A stretch of DNA of 64,000 nt from Octopus vulgaris (lineage: Eukaryota). The notes under the pieces were generated by a model. It saw nothing but the letters and a program-made list of their open reading frames with translations. It was not told the DNA's origin and made no database searches. A program made the position numbers and the translations under genes. Where the stretch lies: positions 102,362,001 to 102,426,000 of the forward strand of contig OX597821.1 of the NCBI GenBank assembly GCA_951406725.2, read 5' to 3'. The stretch's first letter is position 1, and every line of letters begins with the position of its first letter. Below, one piece after another: positions 1-13,230 of the stretch.

Positions 1-924
1 ATGCTTCTAAGACAGCTCTGGTGGGTCAGCTATTTAGAAAGTTCGTCAATTATGCAAGCGGGGGTTGTTTGTAAACTACAGCGGCTACTGTTTGTCACAT
101 TTCAGTATGGAACAACTGCCTTTAAAAGCAATTCTAAACAATGAACAGAATACATACTTAATGCGTATGTACCATTAAAAGCCTTCTAAATTACGGTATT
201 TATCTTGAGCGAGTTTCTCATGTAGACTTGTAGTGTTAAAAGCACAGAAAAATATCAGGAGCAGGGAAGGTTGCTTAGCAGCGGCGCTGGAATTGATAGA
301 TCTAGAATTCTGCTTGTTAACTTCACCAGTAGCAAATATCCACGGCACCATCTTCCAAGCAACCTCAGTTGCCAGCTGATAAAGTTAAATAGTGATTGTA
401 AAGTCACCGATGTTGCATTTATCTGGCAGGTTACAATAAATAAATAAATAATAGTCATTATTGGCAGCAGAAGCAATATTAGTTCAAAATTACGTTGATA
501 AGACAGACTTGACTCAAAACGAAAACTGCAGTTTAGAAGGTTTTCAATAGTATATACACTTTAAGTAGGTATACAGATTGCCAATTCCGAACTACAGCAC
601 TTCCGTCGCTAATAATGAACTCTAAATAATATACGCTGATCCATCAAATGTTAGCCCAGTTGTAACCAACCCGTCAACGTTTTCAAAGCGCATTGTGTAT
701 CTAAGACATTATCCAACATATCCTTTTGTGAAATGAACTCTAAGGAAAAGGTGATTACATTAAATCGTTATTGTTGCTTTCACTTTCACTTTTGTGTTGT
801 TTTGCAAATGAAGACTTTTTTTTAAAATCCCAAAAGAAAACAAATTTACTCAAAGATCGCCATTAACAAGTTTTTATTGCATGCCAAAATACTCAATCCC
901 AACCAAATAATAATAATAATAATA

Positions 925-1355
925 ATGGTTTCAAATTTTGGCACAAGGCCAGCATATTCGAGGGAGGGGATGAATCGAATACATCAACTCTAGTACTCAA
1001 CTGGTACTTATTTTATCGATTCAAAAAGAATGATAGGTAAAGTCGACCTAAGCGGAATATGAACTCAGAACGTAAAGGCAGACGAAATGCTGCTATATAT
1101 TTTGTTTGGGGGTGCTTCGCCACTTTAATTATAACAATTATTTCTAATTTTGGCACAAAGCCAGAAACTTTGAGGGGTGGGGGCAAGTCGATTACATTAA
1201 CACCATTACTTGACTAGTACTTTATTTTATCGATCCTGAAAGGATGAAAGACAAAGACGACCTCGGCGGGATTTGAACTCAGAACATAAAGAGCCGAAAG
1301 AATTACTGTAAAGCATTTTGTCCGAAGCGTTAACGATTCTGTCAATTAGCCTCAA
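925..1355 (-). mobile_element. Two tandem Nin/Deu-domain SINEs
   Basis: Reverse complement of gagttcaaattccgccgaggtcgactttgcctttcatcc...aagtaccag with (AAT)n tails. Confidence 0.75.
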
Positions 1356-1510
1356 CAGTAATAATAATCTTCACCGGTTGCCAAACAAAATCGTACCAGC
1401 TGCTGATTGATGGAAGTGGAAACAAACTTAATGATCCCCTACAAGTTTAAGTAATTTGCACTTGGTACGGTTTTATGTATATTAGTCAACAAGATCTGAA
1501 CAATTTAGAC

Positions 1511-1793
1511 CAGGGCTGGCAAACCTGCGGACCGCTTGATACCTTCTTGAAGTATTGTTTAATTTCAAAATAAAATTGTGTAAAACATTTGTCTCAAAAT
1601 AAATAAAAAATTCATAAGTGGCAATAAAGCAATAGCCTACAATTTTATAATTTTAAACAAACGAAAAGTCTGAAAAATTCTTGATTCTGTAATTTGATTA
1701 TTTGACTATTAGTGCATAAAGTATACAAGCGCGCCCCACCCCACTTTCTGTGATTAAAGTGGCCCGCAATCTAACTCGAGTTGACTAGGCCTG
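1511..1793. mobile_element. hAT (Charlie-like) MITE
   Basis: TIRs CAGGGCTGGCAAAC / GTTGACTAGGCCTG; 8-bp TSD atttagac / atttaaac. Confidence 0.75.
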
Positions 1794-2549
1794 ATTTAAA
1801 CACACTGAGCTCAAGACCTTCAATCATCTCTCATGGTGAGACTAAATATCTGACACTTTCATTATGACATACGCCAGTAGCATACTTATAATGTTATAAG
1901 GTGTGCAAAATGAAAAATTAGGAGTTCCAAAAAATGGTCAGCTATTTAAAACAATACTATTTATAGGAAATTGACATTTTTTTTTTACATATTAAACGTA
2001 CATGACTAAACCTCTAAGTATACGAATGTAGATGCGTTTCAGAATGTGCAAACAAGACTGTTTTCGCTAATGTCGACCTACTCTTTTACTTGTTTCAGTC
2101 ATGTGACTGTGGCCATGCTGGAGCAACGCCTTTAGTCGAGCAAATCGACCACAGGACTTATTCTTTGTAAGCCTAGTACTTATTCTATCGGCTCGGCAAA
2201 ACAGAGCAATAGAATAGGTACCAAGTTAAAAATAAGCACCGGGATCGATTTGACTAAAAACCTGAAGGTGGTGCCCCAGCGTGGCCACAGTACAAAGACT
2301 GAAACAAGTAAAAGATAAAATGTATATATATGTATGCACACACTTTCACATTATATACCTGTGTACATATATAAATACATGTGTGATGAGTTTACAAAAA
2401 TGAGATAAGGGAAATGGGCTAATGGCAAGAAATTCAAGCCAGCAATGATGTACTGAATACATCATGAGAAAAGGAGGGGGAGGGGAAATGAAAGTTAACT
2501 AAAATATACAACTTAATTTAGAGTGGGGGAGAGGAACCTTTTCCTTTCT

Positions 2550-2880
2550 CCTAAAGGTACAAGGATTGAAATTTGGTGAGAGGAGACTAGTCGATTACAT
2601 TGACCCCTCCCAGTGCGTAACTGGTACTTAATTTATCGACCCCAGCGGAATTTGAACTCAGAACGTTCAGACAGACGAAATACTTATTTCTTTACTACCC
2701 ACAAGGGGCTAAACACAGAGAGGACAAACAAGGACAGACAAACAGATTAAGTCGATTATATCGACCCCAGTGCGTAACTGGTACTTATTTAATCAACCCC
2801 GAAAGGATGAAAGGCAAAGTCGACCTCGGCGGAATTTGAACTCAGAACGTAGCAGAAGACGAAATATCACTAAGCATTTC
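2550..2880 (-). mobile_element. Nested Nin/Deu-domain SINEs
   Basis: Family match; one copy inserted at gaaatac of another. Confidence 0.75.
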
Positions 2881-3705
2881 ATCGTTGGAGCGGGGAACCT
2901 AATGCTACTTGTTAATGATTCCCAACGAAAAGGGGAGAGAATATCAAAGGATTAAGAATTAATGTCAACGAAATTTAAATTTCTTTTACAGGAATTAGCT
3001 TAAATTTATGTTATTGATTCACTTCAATAATTTACCTTGGTTCACATCACTTTGTGTAACTAGGTAAATTATACTGGACAACAACATTCTTCATCAATCC
3101 TCATTTCCTACTCAGAAAATCTCTGTCATCTGGTTAGAGCAAATTTGAAATGATTATGATTTACAGATGAGGTCTAATAAATCTGGAACACGTCTATAGT
3201 TGTCACTTTGCAAGCTAACGAAGATCAGGTCTACTCTCACCTTAAATGTGGAAATTCAATTAACTGAGAAATTATTTCTTTCTTTATTGGAATTATCTCC
3301 TCTTTTCTTTGAGAGTTGCAAACAATTGCCATTAGGTTTTGTTTACTTTCTCCAACTGAGAGGTAAATAATGTTTCATTGAGAATTGTTTTTGCGTCTGT
3401 CATTTAGTACACACCATGACCTATGAGTGAGTGTGTGGAGTGGAGTATCATATTAAATATTTCCATATTTTGAGCATAGTTATTTATTAAGCTATGTAAG
3501 TGTGAGAAGAAATATTAGACACAGGTGTGTCTAAAATAACAGAACAAGACTGCACATCAAGGGTCAAAGAGAAGAGAGATCCTAAACAGATACATCAAAG
3601 TTGACAGTGAAATCATCCCAGCCTTGAGGCAATAGAACAGCAAGAATATTTTGGAAGCAAAGTCATAATTATAAAACTATTTTTCACACCAGGCACAATA
3701 AAATG

Positions 3706-4001
3706 CACTTGGTTCCCAAACTTTTCGGGCTGCCGCCCCCTTGACACTCAGGGCGCATTCCTAGCGCCCCCACCCCAACTAACCATCACAAACATTGACC
3801 TCTTTCTGAAGCAAATTCAAAGCGAATGTATTTCACAAATAAAACGTAACCTAATGAACCCATTATTTTGTTCTTTTTACATGAATTGCCCCAATTGTTA
3901 TATGAATCGCTACTCCATTATCACCCAACTTTTCTTCAATGTTCACTTGGACCTTTTCACTGGCCCCAGAGTGGCAATACTGCCCACCTTAGAAACCACT
4001 G
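3706..4001. mobile_element. Degraded hAT (MER5-like) MITE
   Basis: Ends ggttcccaaacttt ... agaaaccactg; resembles the 38.1 kb element. Confidence 0.55.
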
Positions 4002-5759
4002 CTCTAAGACATACATAACAAGAAAAAGGCCTGTTTTTCTTGTGGTGTAGGTATCAGATGATGCAGACTGCAAAGAGTGACAAGATCTAGCCAACCCATG
4101 ACAGCATTGGAAAGAAAAAAATGATGATGATGATGGTGATAATGACATATTTATATAATGGGTTTTTTTCATACCAAATCCACTCACAAGGCTTTGGTTG
4201 GCCTGAGGCTATAGCAGAAGACACTTGTCCAAGCTGCCACGCAAAGAACCAGTCAAAGCTGCCACACGAAGAACCAGGTTCAGTTAATAATATTCCTATA
4301 AAACATCCAACATGTAAATGAAATTATAATAGAAGACTTGAGTGTATGAGATAAAACTAAATACCATAATCAATTAAATTCAGCACTTTTATTGTGTTGC
4401 CTGCAGAACAAATACAGATGACTGGTAACAACACATAAAGAAATTATGCTGTCATTTCATGAATTCTTTCTAGATTGCAGCTGCAGATAACACAAGTAAT
4501 GATTGCTACATCTGTGGATTCTATTAATATTGTTAAAGACAAGAATGGTTGGTGAGCTAGCAAAGTGTGAGACGAAACACTTTATAATGTTCAGTGTTTA
4601 TTAGTTTTGACTTCAAAATCCTGACGTGGCTCATTATATTTTTTTACCCCACAGCAGAAGATGAAACCAGTTCCATTGTCATATTGGTATTTCATTTTTT
4701 TTTTCTTTTAGTTGACTATACTCTTCCCTGCCACGAGAAAATGTTACTTTTGTGATTAATAAAGAAATTAATTTGCTAGCCTAGCAATATTAACAATAAA
4801 CAGACAAGAGCTATATCTAACAAGCCACTATGTAGATGTTTGACTGACCAGAAATAGTAACCAAATTTCCCTCAACTGAAATTCTACTTCTTAAAAAACA
4901 GGAAAGCCGCAATAGATAATGTAGTCCTAGATACATTATACATGGAAAAAAATCTAGGATATTCATTCCTGGAACTTCTTTGATCATAGAACTGCTCAAT
5001 CAGAACTAAACTATGATCAACAGCATTGCTTGGTGATGGCAGCAGTGGCAACAACCATGACCACCACAATCAGCCACCTTTACAACGTCCACTTTTCCCT
5101 GCTTACATGAGACAGATTAGAATACACTGGGGCAGAGTTTGTACAACCAGATGCCCTTCTTATTGCCAATACCCACTTGTTTCTAAGTAGGATAATAATC
5201 TCCAAGTCAATAGAACAATAAACACAGCCTGGAGATAATTTTATGTGGAAAACTGGAAACGAAATGGCAGTTTGAACGAGTCTTTAGTTTTACAAAAGTT
5301 GTGTAACATGTCAAGAAGCCTAGACACGCTTTCACAGTGGACTGCAAGCAAAAGACACCTTCAGCAGGTCATTGTTTACAAACCAGTGAGCACAAGGGAA
5401 ATAGGAACTTATTAACACAATCACTATACACACACACACAATGGTGTTACTCTTCATGCTGGTTCCACATGAAAATCACCCACTACACTCATGGTTGGCA
5501 TTAGGAAGGGCATGCAGCTGTAGAAACCATGCCAGAACAGACAATGGAAACTGGTGTGGCTCCTGTCAAACTGTCCAATCCATGTCAGCATGGAAAATGG
5601 ATGTTTGATAATATATGTACAAATATTCATACACACACAACAGGCTTCTTTCAGTTTCCACATACCAAATCCACTCACATGGCTTTGATTGGCCTGGGAC
5701 TACAGTAGAAAGCACTTGCCCAAAGTAGCATGCAATGGGATTGGACACAGAATCATATA

Positions 5760-5961
5760 CTCTTTTACTTGCTTCAGTCATATGACTGTGGCCATGCTGG
5801 AGCACTGCATTTAGTCGAGTAAATCGACCCCAGAACTTATTCTTTGTAAGCCTGGTACTTATATCAGTCTCTTTTGCCGAACCGCTAAGTTATGGGGACC
5901 TAAACACACCAGCATCGGTTGTCAAACGATGTAAGGGGGACAATCACAGACACAAACATAT

Positions 5962-6010
<49 letters not shown>

Positions 6011-6150
6011 GCTTCTTTCAGTTTCCGTCTACCAAATCCACTCACAAGGCTTTGGTCGGCCTGAGGATATAGAAGAAGACACTTGCCCAAGGTGCCATGC
6101 AGTGGGACTAAACCCGGAACCATGTGGTTGGTGAGCAAGCTACTTACCAC
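5760..6150 (-). mobile_element. CORE-domain tRNA-SINE (octopus OR-like), near full length
   Basis: Pol III box-like head, gcaccttgggcaagtg CORE motif, internal (TA)n/(CA)n, gactgaa(a/g)caagtaaaagag tail. Confidence 0.85.
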
Positions 6151-6809
6151 AGGAATCTAGCAGTATATACATCTTTGTCAATATCTCAATATTTATAATT
6201 TTAATAGGTTTCATCCCCAACTGTCCTCAAGTGTTTTACTCATAGATATGTACATCATATCAGATTGTAGCTGAACTAGGAACCTTTAGTTTTAAACTAA
6301 ATGTAACAATGCTCTTATTGTTTGTACACAGGTTGTTGATCACAAAACTAGATGTGATTCATAGAGCTATGACAAAGATGATAGAACAAGAATCAAAAAC
6401 AGGATCTTGCGATCATGAGTGCAACCACAAACCACTAGGCCATGTGCCTTCACAATTAAGCAGTAAAAGGGAAAAATACTGTCAGACTAAGATTACATGT
6501 TTTGGCCTTATTCTGACCTTTTCAGCAAAGGAGAATCAGAATTTGTGAATAAATAATCACATCTTGGTGATGGGATCAAATAAGATGGTTTAAGTAGTCA
6601 AATAAGATGGTTTAATTTGTTATATCATTTAGCTTGGATGAAAATGACAAAGTTATAAATTATGATGTCTCACAATTGACTGTGGTTGGATAAGTTCTGC
6701 TTCTTTAGTGAAATGAATGAGCAAGAAAAGATGTACTTCTTTCCTTCTGCATTCATTTAGTTCCACTAAAAGAGCAGGACTGGTCTTACAATACCCAATA
6801 TCTTCATTG

Positions 6810-7192
6810 TGCAGGCATGGCTGTGTGGTTAAGAAGCTTGCTTTGCAACCATGTGGTTGTAAGTTCAGTTCTACTGAACAGCATCTTGAGTAAGTGATTC
6901 TTCTATAACTTTCAGTTAACCAATACCTTCTGAGTGAATTTGGTACATAGAAACTGTGTGGAAGCTTGCTGCTGTATGTGTGTATATATCTATGCATGTA
7001 TGTCCTCTCTGACCCACCTAACAACAGGTATTGGTTTGTTTATGTTACCTTAACTTAGCAGTTCAGCAAGAGACTAATGAAATAAGTACCATACAAAGAG
7101 GAAGGGGAAGTACTGGGGTTGATTTGTTCAACTAAAACTATTCAATGTGCGCTTCAGCATGGCCACAGTCCAGTGATTGAAACAAATTTAAA
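6810..7192 (+). mobile_element. CORE-domain SINE (diverged)
   Basis: Same head, body and tail order. Confidence 0.75.
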
Positions 7193-7331
7193 GACCAGTT
7201 TCTTTTCATATCTAGATGTGATTAACTTTTGCCTTCATCTCTAAGGAACGAATAAAATTAACTGACAATTCTTCAAAAAAACAAACAAAAAAAAAACATT
7301 ATGCAACAAAAAGAATAACTTTAGTCAGCCA

Positions 7332-7919
7332 TAACCCTTCGAACATATCTGGCCCGAACATTCTTCTTGTTTTATGCTCAAACTGGCCAGATCTGACCTC
7401 TTACACATACCTTACAATGTTATTCTAAAAATAATCACATCATCAAAATCTTGAGACTCCAAGATAATGCACGGCTAATTCAAAATAATGTGATTAAATC
7501 TCCTAATATAATAATGAGTGTATTTTATGTATGTGTGTGTGTATTTACACTTGATAAGATCGATATTTAAATTAACGATCTTATCCTTATATATATATAT
7601 ATATATTTGTCCAGAATGACGCTGGACGCAGAGAAAATAGTAATTCAGTGAAGGAGAGGGAGTGAGAGAAAGTAGTAGCAATGACAAAAAGGAAGGGGTG
7701 AAAAAAAAAATCAGTGTTTCAACTCTGTGCGAGTATATATGTGTATGTGTGTGTGTGTAGAAGGGAAGTATGTGAATGTTTGTATGCGAGATTATTACGT
7801 ACCTTACTTATATATAAAATACTACAATTCGCTGTCATTATTGACGGAACATGGTCAGCTAGTCATCATCATCATCATCATCATCATTTGACAGAGTAAT
7901 CTGAATGCTAAAGGGTTAA
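7332..7919. mobile_element. piggyBac-like (TTAA) MITE interrupted by an approximately 385-bp insertion
   Basis: Ends taacccttc... and ...gaatgctaaagggTTAA; both halves are colinear with the copy at 48210-48426. Confidence 0.65.
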
Positions 7920-8319
7920 TAAAACTAAAGCAAAACAAGTTTTCTTCAGTTAATACTTATCAGTGTGGATCCTAATTCTAAAGATAAGTGATATTGCTTC
8001 CAAATGAGGAGGGGAAACTGTTCTTGGTAGACATTGTGTTGCAACAAGAAGTTCTTTGTGAAACTGACACCTTCTAATGACTTCCATTTATTACTAGAAT
8101 TGGTTATACCACGTAGGCTTCAAATGTACACAAAACGAAAAGACAGAGACATCAAAATGGACAATGAGAATCCTACCCCACCACAAAAGCGAAAGCTTTG
8201 ACACATTATACTCCTTTGCAAAACTGAAAGCTTCTGCATAAAGGGACAGTATTAAATTATTTCTGTTTAATTGTATATTACACTGGGTAAAATAGAAAAA
8301 TTGGTATTAAAAATTGAGA

Positions 8320-9012
8320 GCGGCTGTGTGGTAAGTAGCTTGCTTACCGACCACACAGTTGCGGGTTCAGTCCCACTGTGTGACACCTTGGGCAAGTGAC
8401 CTGCTATAGCTTTGGGCCGACCAAAGCCTTGTGAGTAGATTTGGTAGACGGAAACTGAAAGAAGGCCGTTGTATATTTGTATGTATATATGTGTGTGTTT
8501 GTTGCCCCACCATCGTGTGACAACTGATGTTAGTGTGTTTACATCCCTGTAAATACGCAGTTCGGTACAAGAGACTGATAGAATAAGTACTAGGCTTACA
8601 AAGAATAAGTCCTGTGGTTGATTTGTTCGACTAAAGGTGGTGCTCCAGTATGACCACAGTCAAATAACTGAAACGATAAAAGACTAATAGAATATATATA
8701 TATATATATATATATATTTTTCTGTTTTTTACTTGTTTCAGTCATTGCACTGGCCATGCTGGGGCACCACCTTGAAAGAGTTAGTCAAGCAAACCAACCC
8801 GAGTACATATTCTTAAATCTGGTAATTATTTTATTGCTTACTTTTGCCAAACTGCTAAGCTATCAGAACAAAAACAAACCAACACCAGTTGTCAAGAGGT
8901 AGCAGTGGAGACAAACACAAACCCAAAGACACACACGACAGGCTTCCACAGTTTCTGTCTACTAAATCCAAATACAAGTCGATTGGCCCCAGGGCTATAG
9001 AAAAAGACACAC
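8320..9012. mobile_element. Two CORE-domain SINEs tail-to-tail (8320-8682 plus, 8728-9012 minus)
   Basis: Family sequence in both orientations separated by (TA)n. Confidence 0.8.
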
Positions 9013-9494
9013 AGTAAGACTAAATGTAAAGCAACCTTAATTAACCACGCGTTATTTCTACTAACACAGGATGGATGAGACTTACTTAGCAGTGTTCTAT
9101 GACTAGATGCCATACCTGTCACCAACCCTTGTCCCTCCGCTTCCAATAAGGTACTTGAGTTTCACTGGTCTTCACACAACACTGACAAAATGATCAAACT
9201 ACTTAAGGGATAAACAAATGCACAATTGCTGCAGCAGTGTCAATGTGAAGACACACAGAGACAAACATACATGTGCACGCACACACACAAGTGAAGTCAC
9301 ATGACCAAGTGGTGCATGGTGTTTCTGAGCCTTAAGATACTTTGTTTCACACAGCTCCACCCTATGCAACTGAAAATGAGTACCAGCCAAGTGCTGGAGT
9401 AGTCCGCTATTCCTTCAACTGTCACATCCTCAATGCTTCACAGCAACGAGAGTGAGACAGTGGGATAATGTCCATGTCATTCTGTGATTATGTG

Positions 9495-9705
9495 CAAGGG
9501 GTTGCTGAAAAGTTCCCAGCTTTAAAGATATCACAAAAGGTCTGGTTGGAAACCCAGCCTTCCGAGTTCTTTCACAGGGCTTAGAAAAACTGAAGGACCA
9601 CTGCACTAAGTGTGAATCTAAGAGGGGAATATATTAAATAAAATCCTAACTGATTCTCCTGTATTTTCTTTTACCCAAATCCAAGAACTTTTCAGCACCC
9701 TCTTG
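9495..9705 (+). mobile_element. Mariner-derived MITE
   Basis: TIRs caaggggttgctgaaaagtt / aacttttcagcaccctcttg followed by TA; interior resembles a transposase 3' end. Confidence 0.75.
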
Positions 9706-10434
9706 TAAGTGCCTAAACCAATTAGCAAAAGCATGGCAAAACTCTCAGATTATACTGATAGCTGTGGTGAGAAAAATTGAGTTCTGGAAATGCTATGCTG
9801 TGGGTTCTCCGCCCATTACAGAGACTCTCTCCTCCAGCCTCTTTCCCCCTTCCTCTGGCTCCTACAGACTACCCAAGCATGTCATATCCTCACCACCACC
9901 CTATGACTGTATCATCTTTACCCCTCTTGTGGCTTGCTACCCTAAAACTTCTGCACCTCTCTATCTTCCCCATTCCATCATTCTTGTTTCAACCTGTCAA
10001 CCCTATCCATTTTGGCAGTCTGCCTCTCCACCACTCATTCTCCTTCCCATACAATTTTGCAAACCAACCGCTCACCTACCCACTTCTACTTAGCTTGTAA
10101 CTTGTGGGGTCTCCTAGGGACCTCATTACCATTATCTATATTTTGCAACTCTTCTTTTTCTCTCTCCCATTTTCCCCTACTAGTTCTCAGTAGTTATAAA
10201 AATCCATCTACAGGAACCTACCCTGTCCCATCACACAGTATTCCCCTCATCCTCTAGCACAAAGATGACTTCACCTCCAGGGTTTGTAGTCCTGCAAAAT
10301 GCATGGCAATCTCAATAGTACAGGTGGTATGGAAAAAACCCTTCAAAGTGGTGCCTCAGCCTGGCCAGTCTAATGAATGAAACAAAGTCAATGTTTCATG
10401 CTTATGCAAAATCCCATTTCAATCCCATTTTAAC

Positions 10435-10860
10435 ATCTCACGGAAGAAGGTAATTATGATAGAACTGATGGTTCTGTGAGAAGATGGGCATGAGGAAACT
10501 TCAAAGAGAGAAGCTATTATGTGCCAGAATCTGGTCCAACAACGAAGAGAAAAAGGTTGGATATTCTGGTTATTTCCAGTTGAAGCTGGATGCAGGAGGT
10601 TCCCAGCACAGTCTGTTGGAAAATGTTGACAGTTGTGGGAATGGTAAGAAGGGAAAGGATGATAGCTGCTCACAGGTTGGGGGACGAAGCACAAAGAGGA
10701 CCATGCTGGTGCTGGAGCAAGCAGGAAGAGTTGAGCTGAAAGGCAGGTGAACAGTGACTGCCCAATTATTGCTGACCCACAATAAGAGGGTGTTGTGGCT
10801 TCGAGTTGAAATGTCTAAGGAAAGCTGGACACAACTTGATGACACTCTGGGTCCAAAGCG
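10435..10860 (+). mobile_element. Non-LTR retrotransposon remnant with restriction-like endonuclease (Hero-clade-like) plus 3'UTR
   Basis: My translation KKVIMIELMVL*EDGHEE...KGWIFWLFPVEAGCRRFPAQS / WKMLTVVG...CWCWSKQ resembles the IELTVPWE...PVEVGCRGF motif; one stop and one frameshift. Confidence 0.75.
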
Positions 10861-11049
10861 ACAGTTGTGGGTGTATGACTTATTCTGTTGGTATTTCTAG
10901 TGGATGTATCTAACAGTAAATCTGTGTGTGTGACATGATTGATCAGACTATCGGATGTCGTTATACATTGCTGGTCACAATGTACTTTGCATCATATTAG
11001 CTTTTGAATGACGCTACCCTGCTGATATCAATATTACACCTGATCTAAG

Positions 11050-11265
11050 ATGGTGAGCTGGCAGAAACGCTAGTACGGTGGGGGAAATGCTTAGTAGTAG
11101 TTCATCTGTCTTTATATTCTGAGTTCAAATTCCTCTGAGGTCGACTTTGCCTTTCATCCTTTCGGGGTCGATAAATTAAGTACAAGTTACGTACAAGAGT
11201 TGATCTAATCAACTGGCCACCTCCCCCAAAATTTCAGGCCTTGAACCTAAAGTAGCAAAAGAATA
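11050..11265 (+). mobile_element. Nin/Deu-domain SINE, full length
   Basis: ggtgagctggcagaaacg head, B box gagttcaaattcc, gcctttcatcctttcggggtcgataaattaagtac core. Confidence 0.85.
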
Positions 11266-12358
11266 TTACTCCTGATTGTAAGGCTTATCCATCACTGGGT
11301 TACCTATTTACAGCTGATGGGATTGGAGCAGAGTGAAATGAAGTGTTTTGCTCAAGAATCCAATGTGCAGCTGGTTTGGGAATTAAAATCATGATCTCTC
11401 TTAACCACTAGGCTATGTAGGCATGGCTGTAAGGTAAAAAGTTAGCTCCCCAACCATATGGTTCTGGGCTCAATCCCACTATGGCCAAGTGTCTTCTACC
11501 ATAGTCTCGAGCCAACCAAACCCTTGTGAGTGGATTTGGTATTTGGAAACTGAAAGAAGCTCATTATACATTTGTGTGTGTGTGTGTCCTGCAATACTGC
11601 TTGATAACTGGTATTGGTGTGTTTACATACCCGTACAAAAGAGACTGACAAAGTAAGTATCAGGCTCAGATAAAAAAAACAAAAAAACTATGGGGTTAAT
11701 TTGGTTGATTAAGATTCTGGCCAGTAAAAACATAAAACATAAAAGACTATATATATATATATATATTTATATGACACACATGCAGACACAGAGGAATTGT
11801 TGCTTATTACTTCTCCTCATCGATTATTTCACAGTGAAACTAAATGTAGATGCATATGACACTATTTAATTATTCATCCTCCACACAATATAGATTATCT
11901 TGTAACAATTGTTGGATTTGTTAACCTTTCATCAACTAAAAGGGAAATTTCAATTAATTATGTTTGTATACTGTTGCAGTGTGGTACGAAGCTTGCTTCC
12001 CAACCACACGGTCTCGGGTTCAGTTCCACTGTGTGATACCTTGGGCAAGTGTATTCTACTATAGCCTTAAGCTGACCAAAGAATTGTCAGTGGATTTAGA
12101 CAGAAACTGATAGATGACCATGTGTGTGTGTGTGTGAGTGTGTGTTACTGTCTCCTTGCCTTGATTATATGTGACAACTGTAAATGAATGTCAATGTGAT
12201 GCAAGCAGCATGCTTCATTTCCAATCTATGAAAGTAATGTTTAGGGATATATTACCTAGCTTGAAAACATGTGAGAGTTAGCGATAGGAAAGGTATCTGG
12301 TGGTAGAAAATCCGCCCCATGCAAGTGCAAAAAAAAAAAAGGACGTTAAATCGATGAT

Positions 12359-12840
12359 GGGCGCAGGTAAAGGACATGGACTGCACCCCCTTTCGGTTAT
12401 TTATTTATTTTTTTTCTACAGAAACCCACTTTTTCAACTGTGGAGATTCCGAATCTGAAAAAAAAAAAAAAAAAAGGCATCACGTTTTCTAAATTTTAAT
12501 TTCTCCCACCCTTTTTTTTCCTTTACCAGAGGGAAAACTAACATTTTGAAAACGTGTTTTTGGGGTTTTAAAAATCTTCAGTTTTTAAGTATGCTCCAAC
12601 AGGAAAGTCCGACAAGCTAGAAACAACAGCCAAACTTAAGATCCACTTTCTAAATATGAATTACCAAAAGACCCTCAACCACAACGTTTACTTTCTGTCA
12701 CAGGTGCGCTGACGGAGTGGAGGGGTGTTTATTTATTTATTTTAGAAAACTTTAAATTTTACAAAATTTTCTGTAGCAAAAAAAAAAAAAAATTAAATAA
12801 ATAAAAAACGAAAAGGGGTGCAGTCCTTTACTTCCGTCCG
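12359..12840. mobile_element. TIR DNA transposon/MITE of uncertain superfamily
   Basis: Inverted ends sharing gtaaaggac and ggactgcacccc(c/t)tttcg; inserted in a (GAT)n tail. Confidence 0.6.
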
Positions 12841-12904
12841 ATGACGATTACTCCATAGCTTATTTGTCAAAATACATGCAATTAGCTCATTTGAATTTCC
12901 GCCC

Positions 12905-13230
12905 CGCCTTTAGTCGAGTAAATCGATCCCAGGACTTATTCTTTGTAAGCCTGGTACTTATTCTATCGGTCTCTTTTGCCGAACCGCTATGTTACGGGGA
13001 CGTAAACACACCAGTATCGGCTGTTAAGCGATGATGGGGGGGGGGCAAACACAGACACACACGCATATATATATATACATATATACGACGGGCTTCTTTC
13101 GGTTTCCGTCTACCAAATCCACTCACAAGATTTTGGTCGGCCCGAGGCTATAGTAGAAAACACTTGCCCAAGGTGCCACGCAGTGGGACTGAACCTGGAA
13201 CCGTGTGGTTCGTAACTTATCACACACCCA
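12905..13230 (-). mobile_element. CORE-domain SINE (CpGs retained)
   Basis: Close match to the other copies. Confidence 0.85.

Noticed and set aside
6332-6548. Possible plus-strand terminal exon after tttgtacacAG
   Set aside because: No recognisable protein and no upstream partner exons
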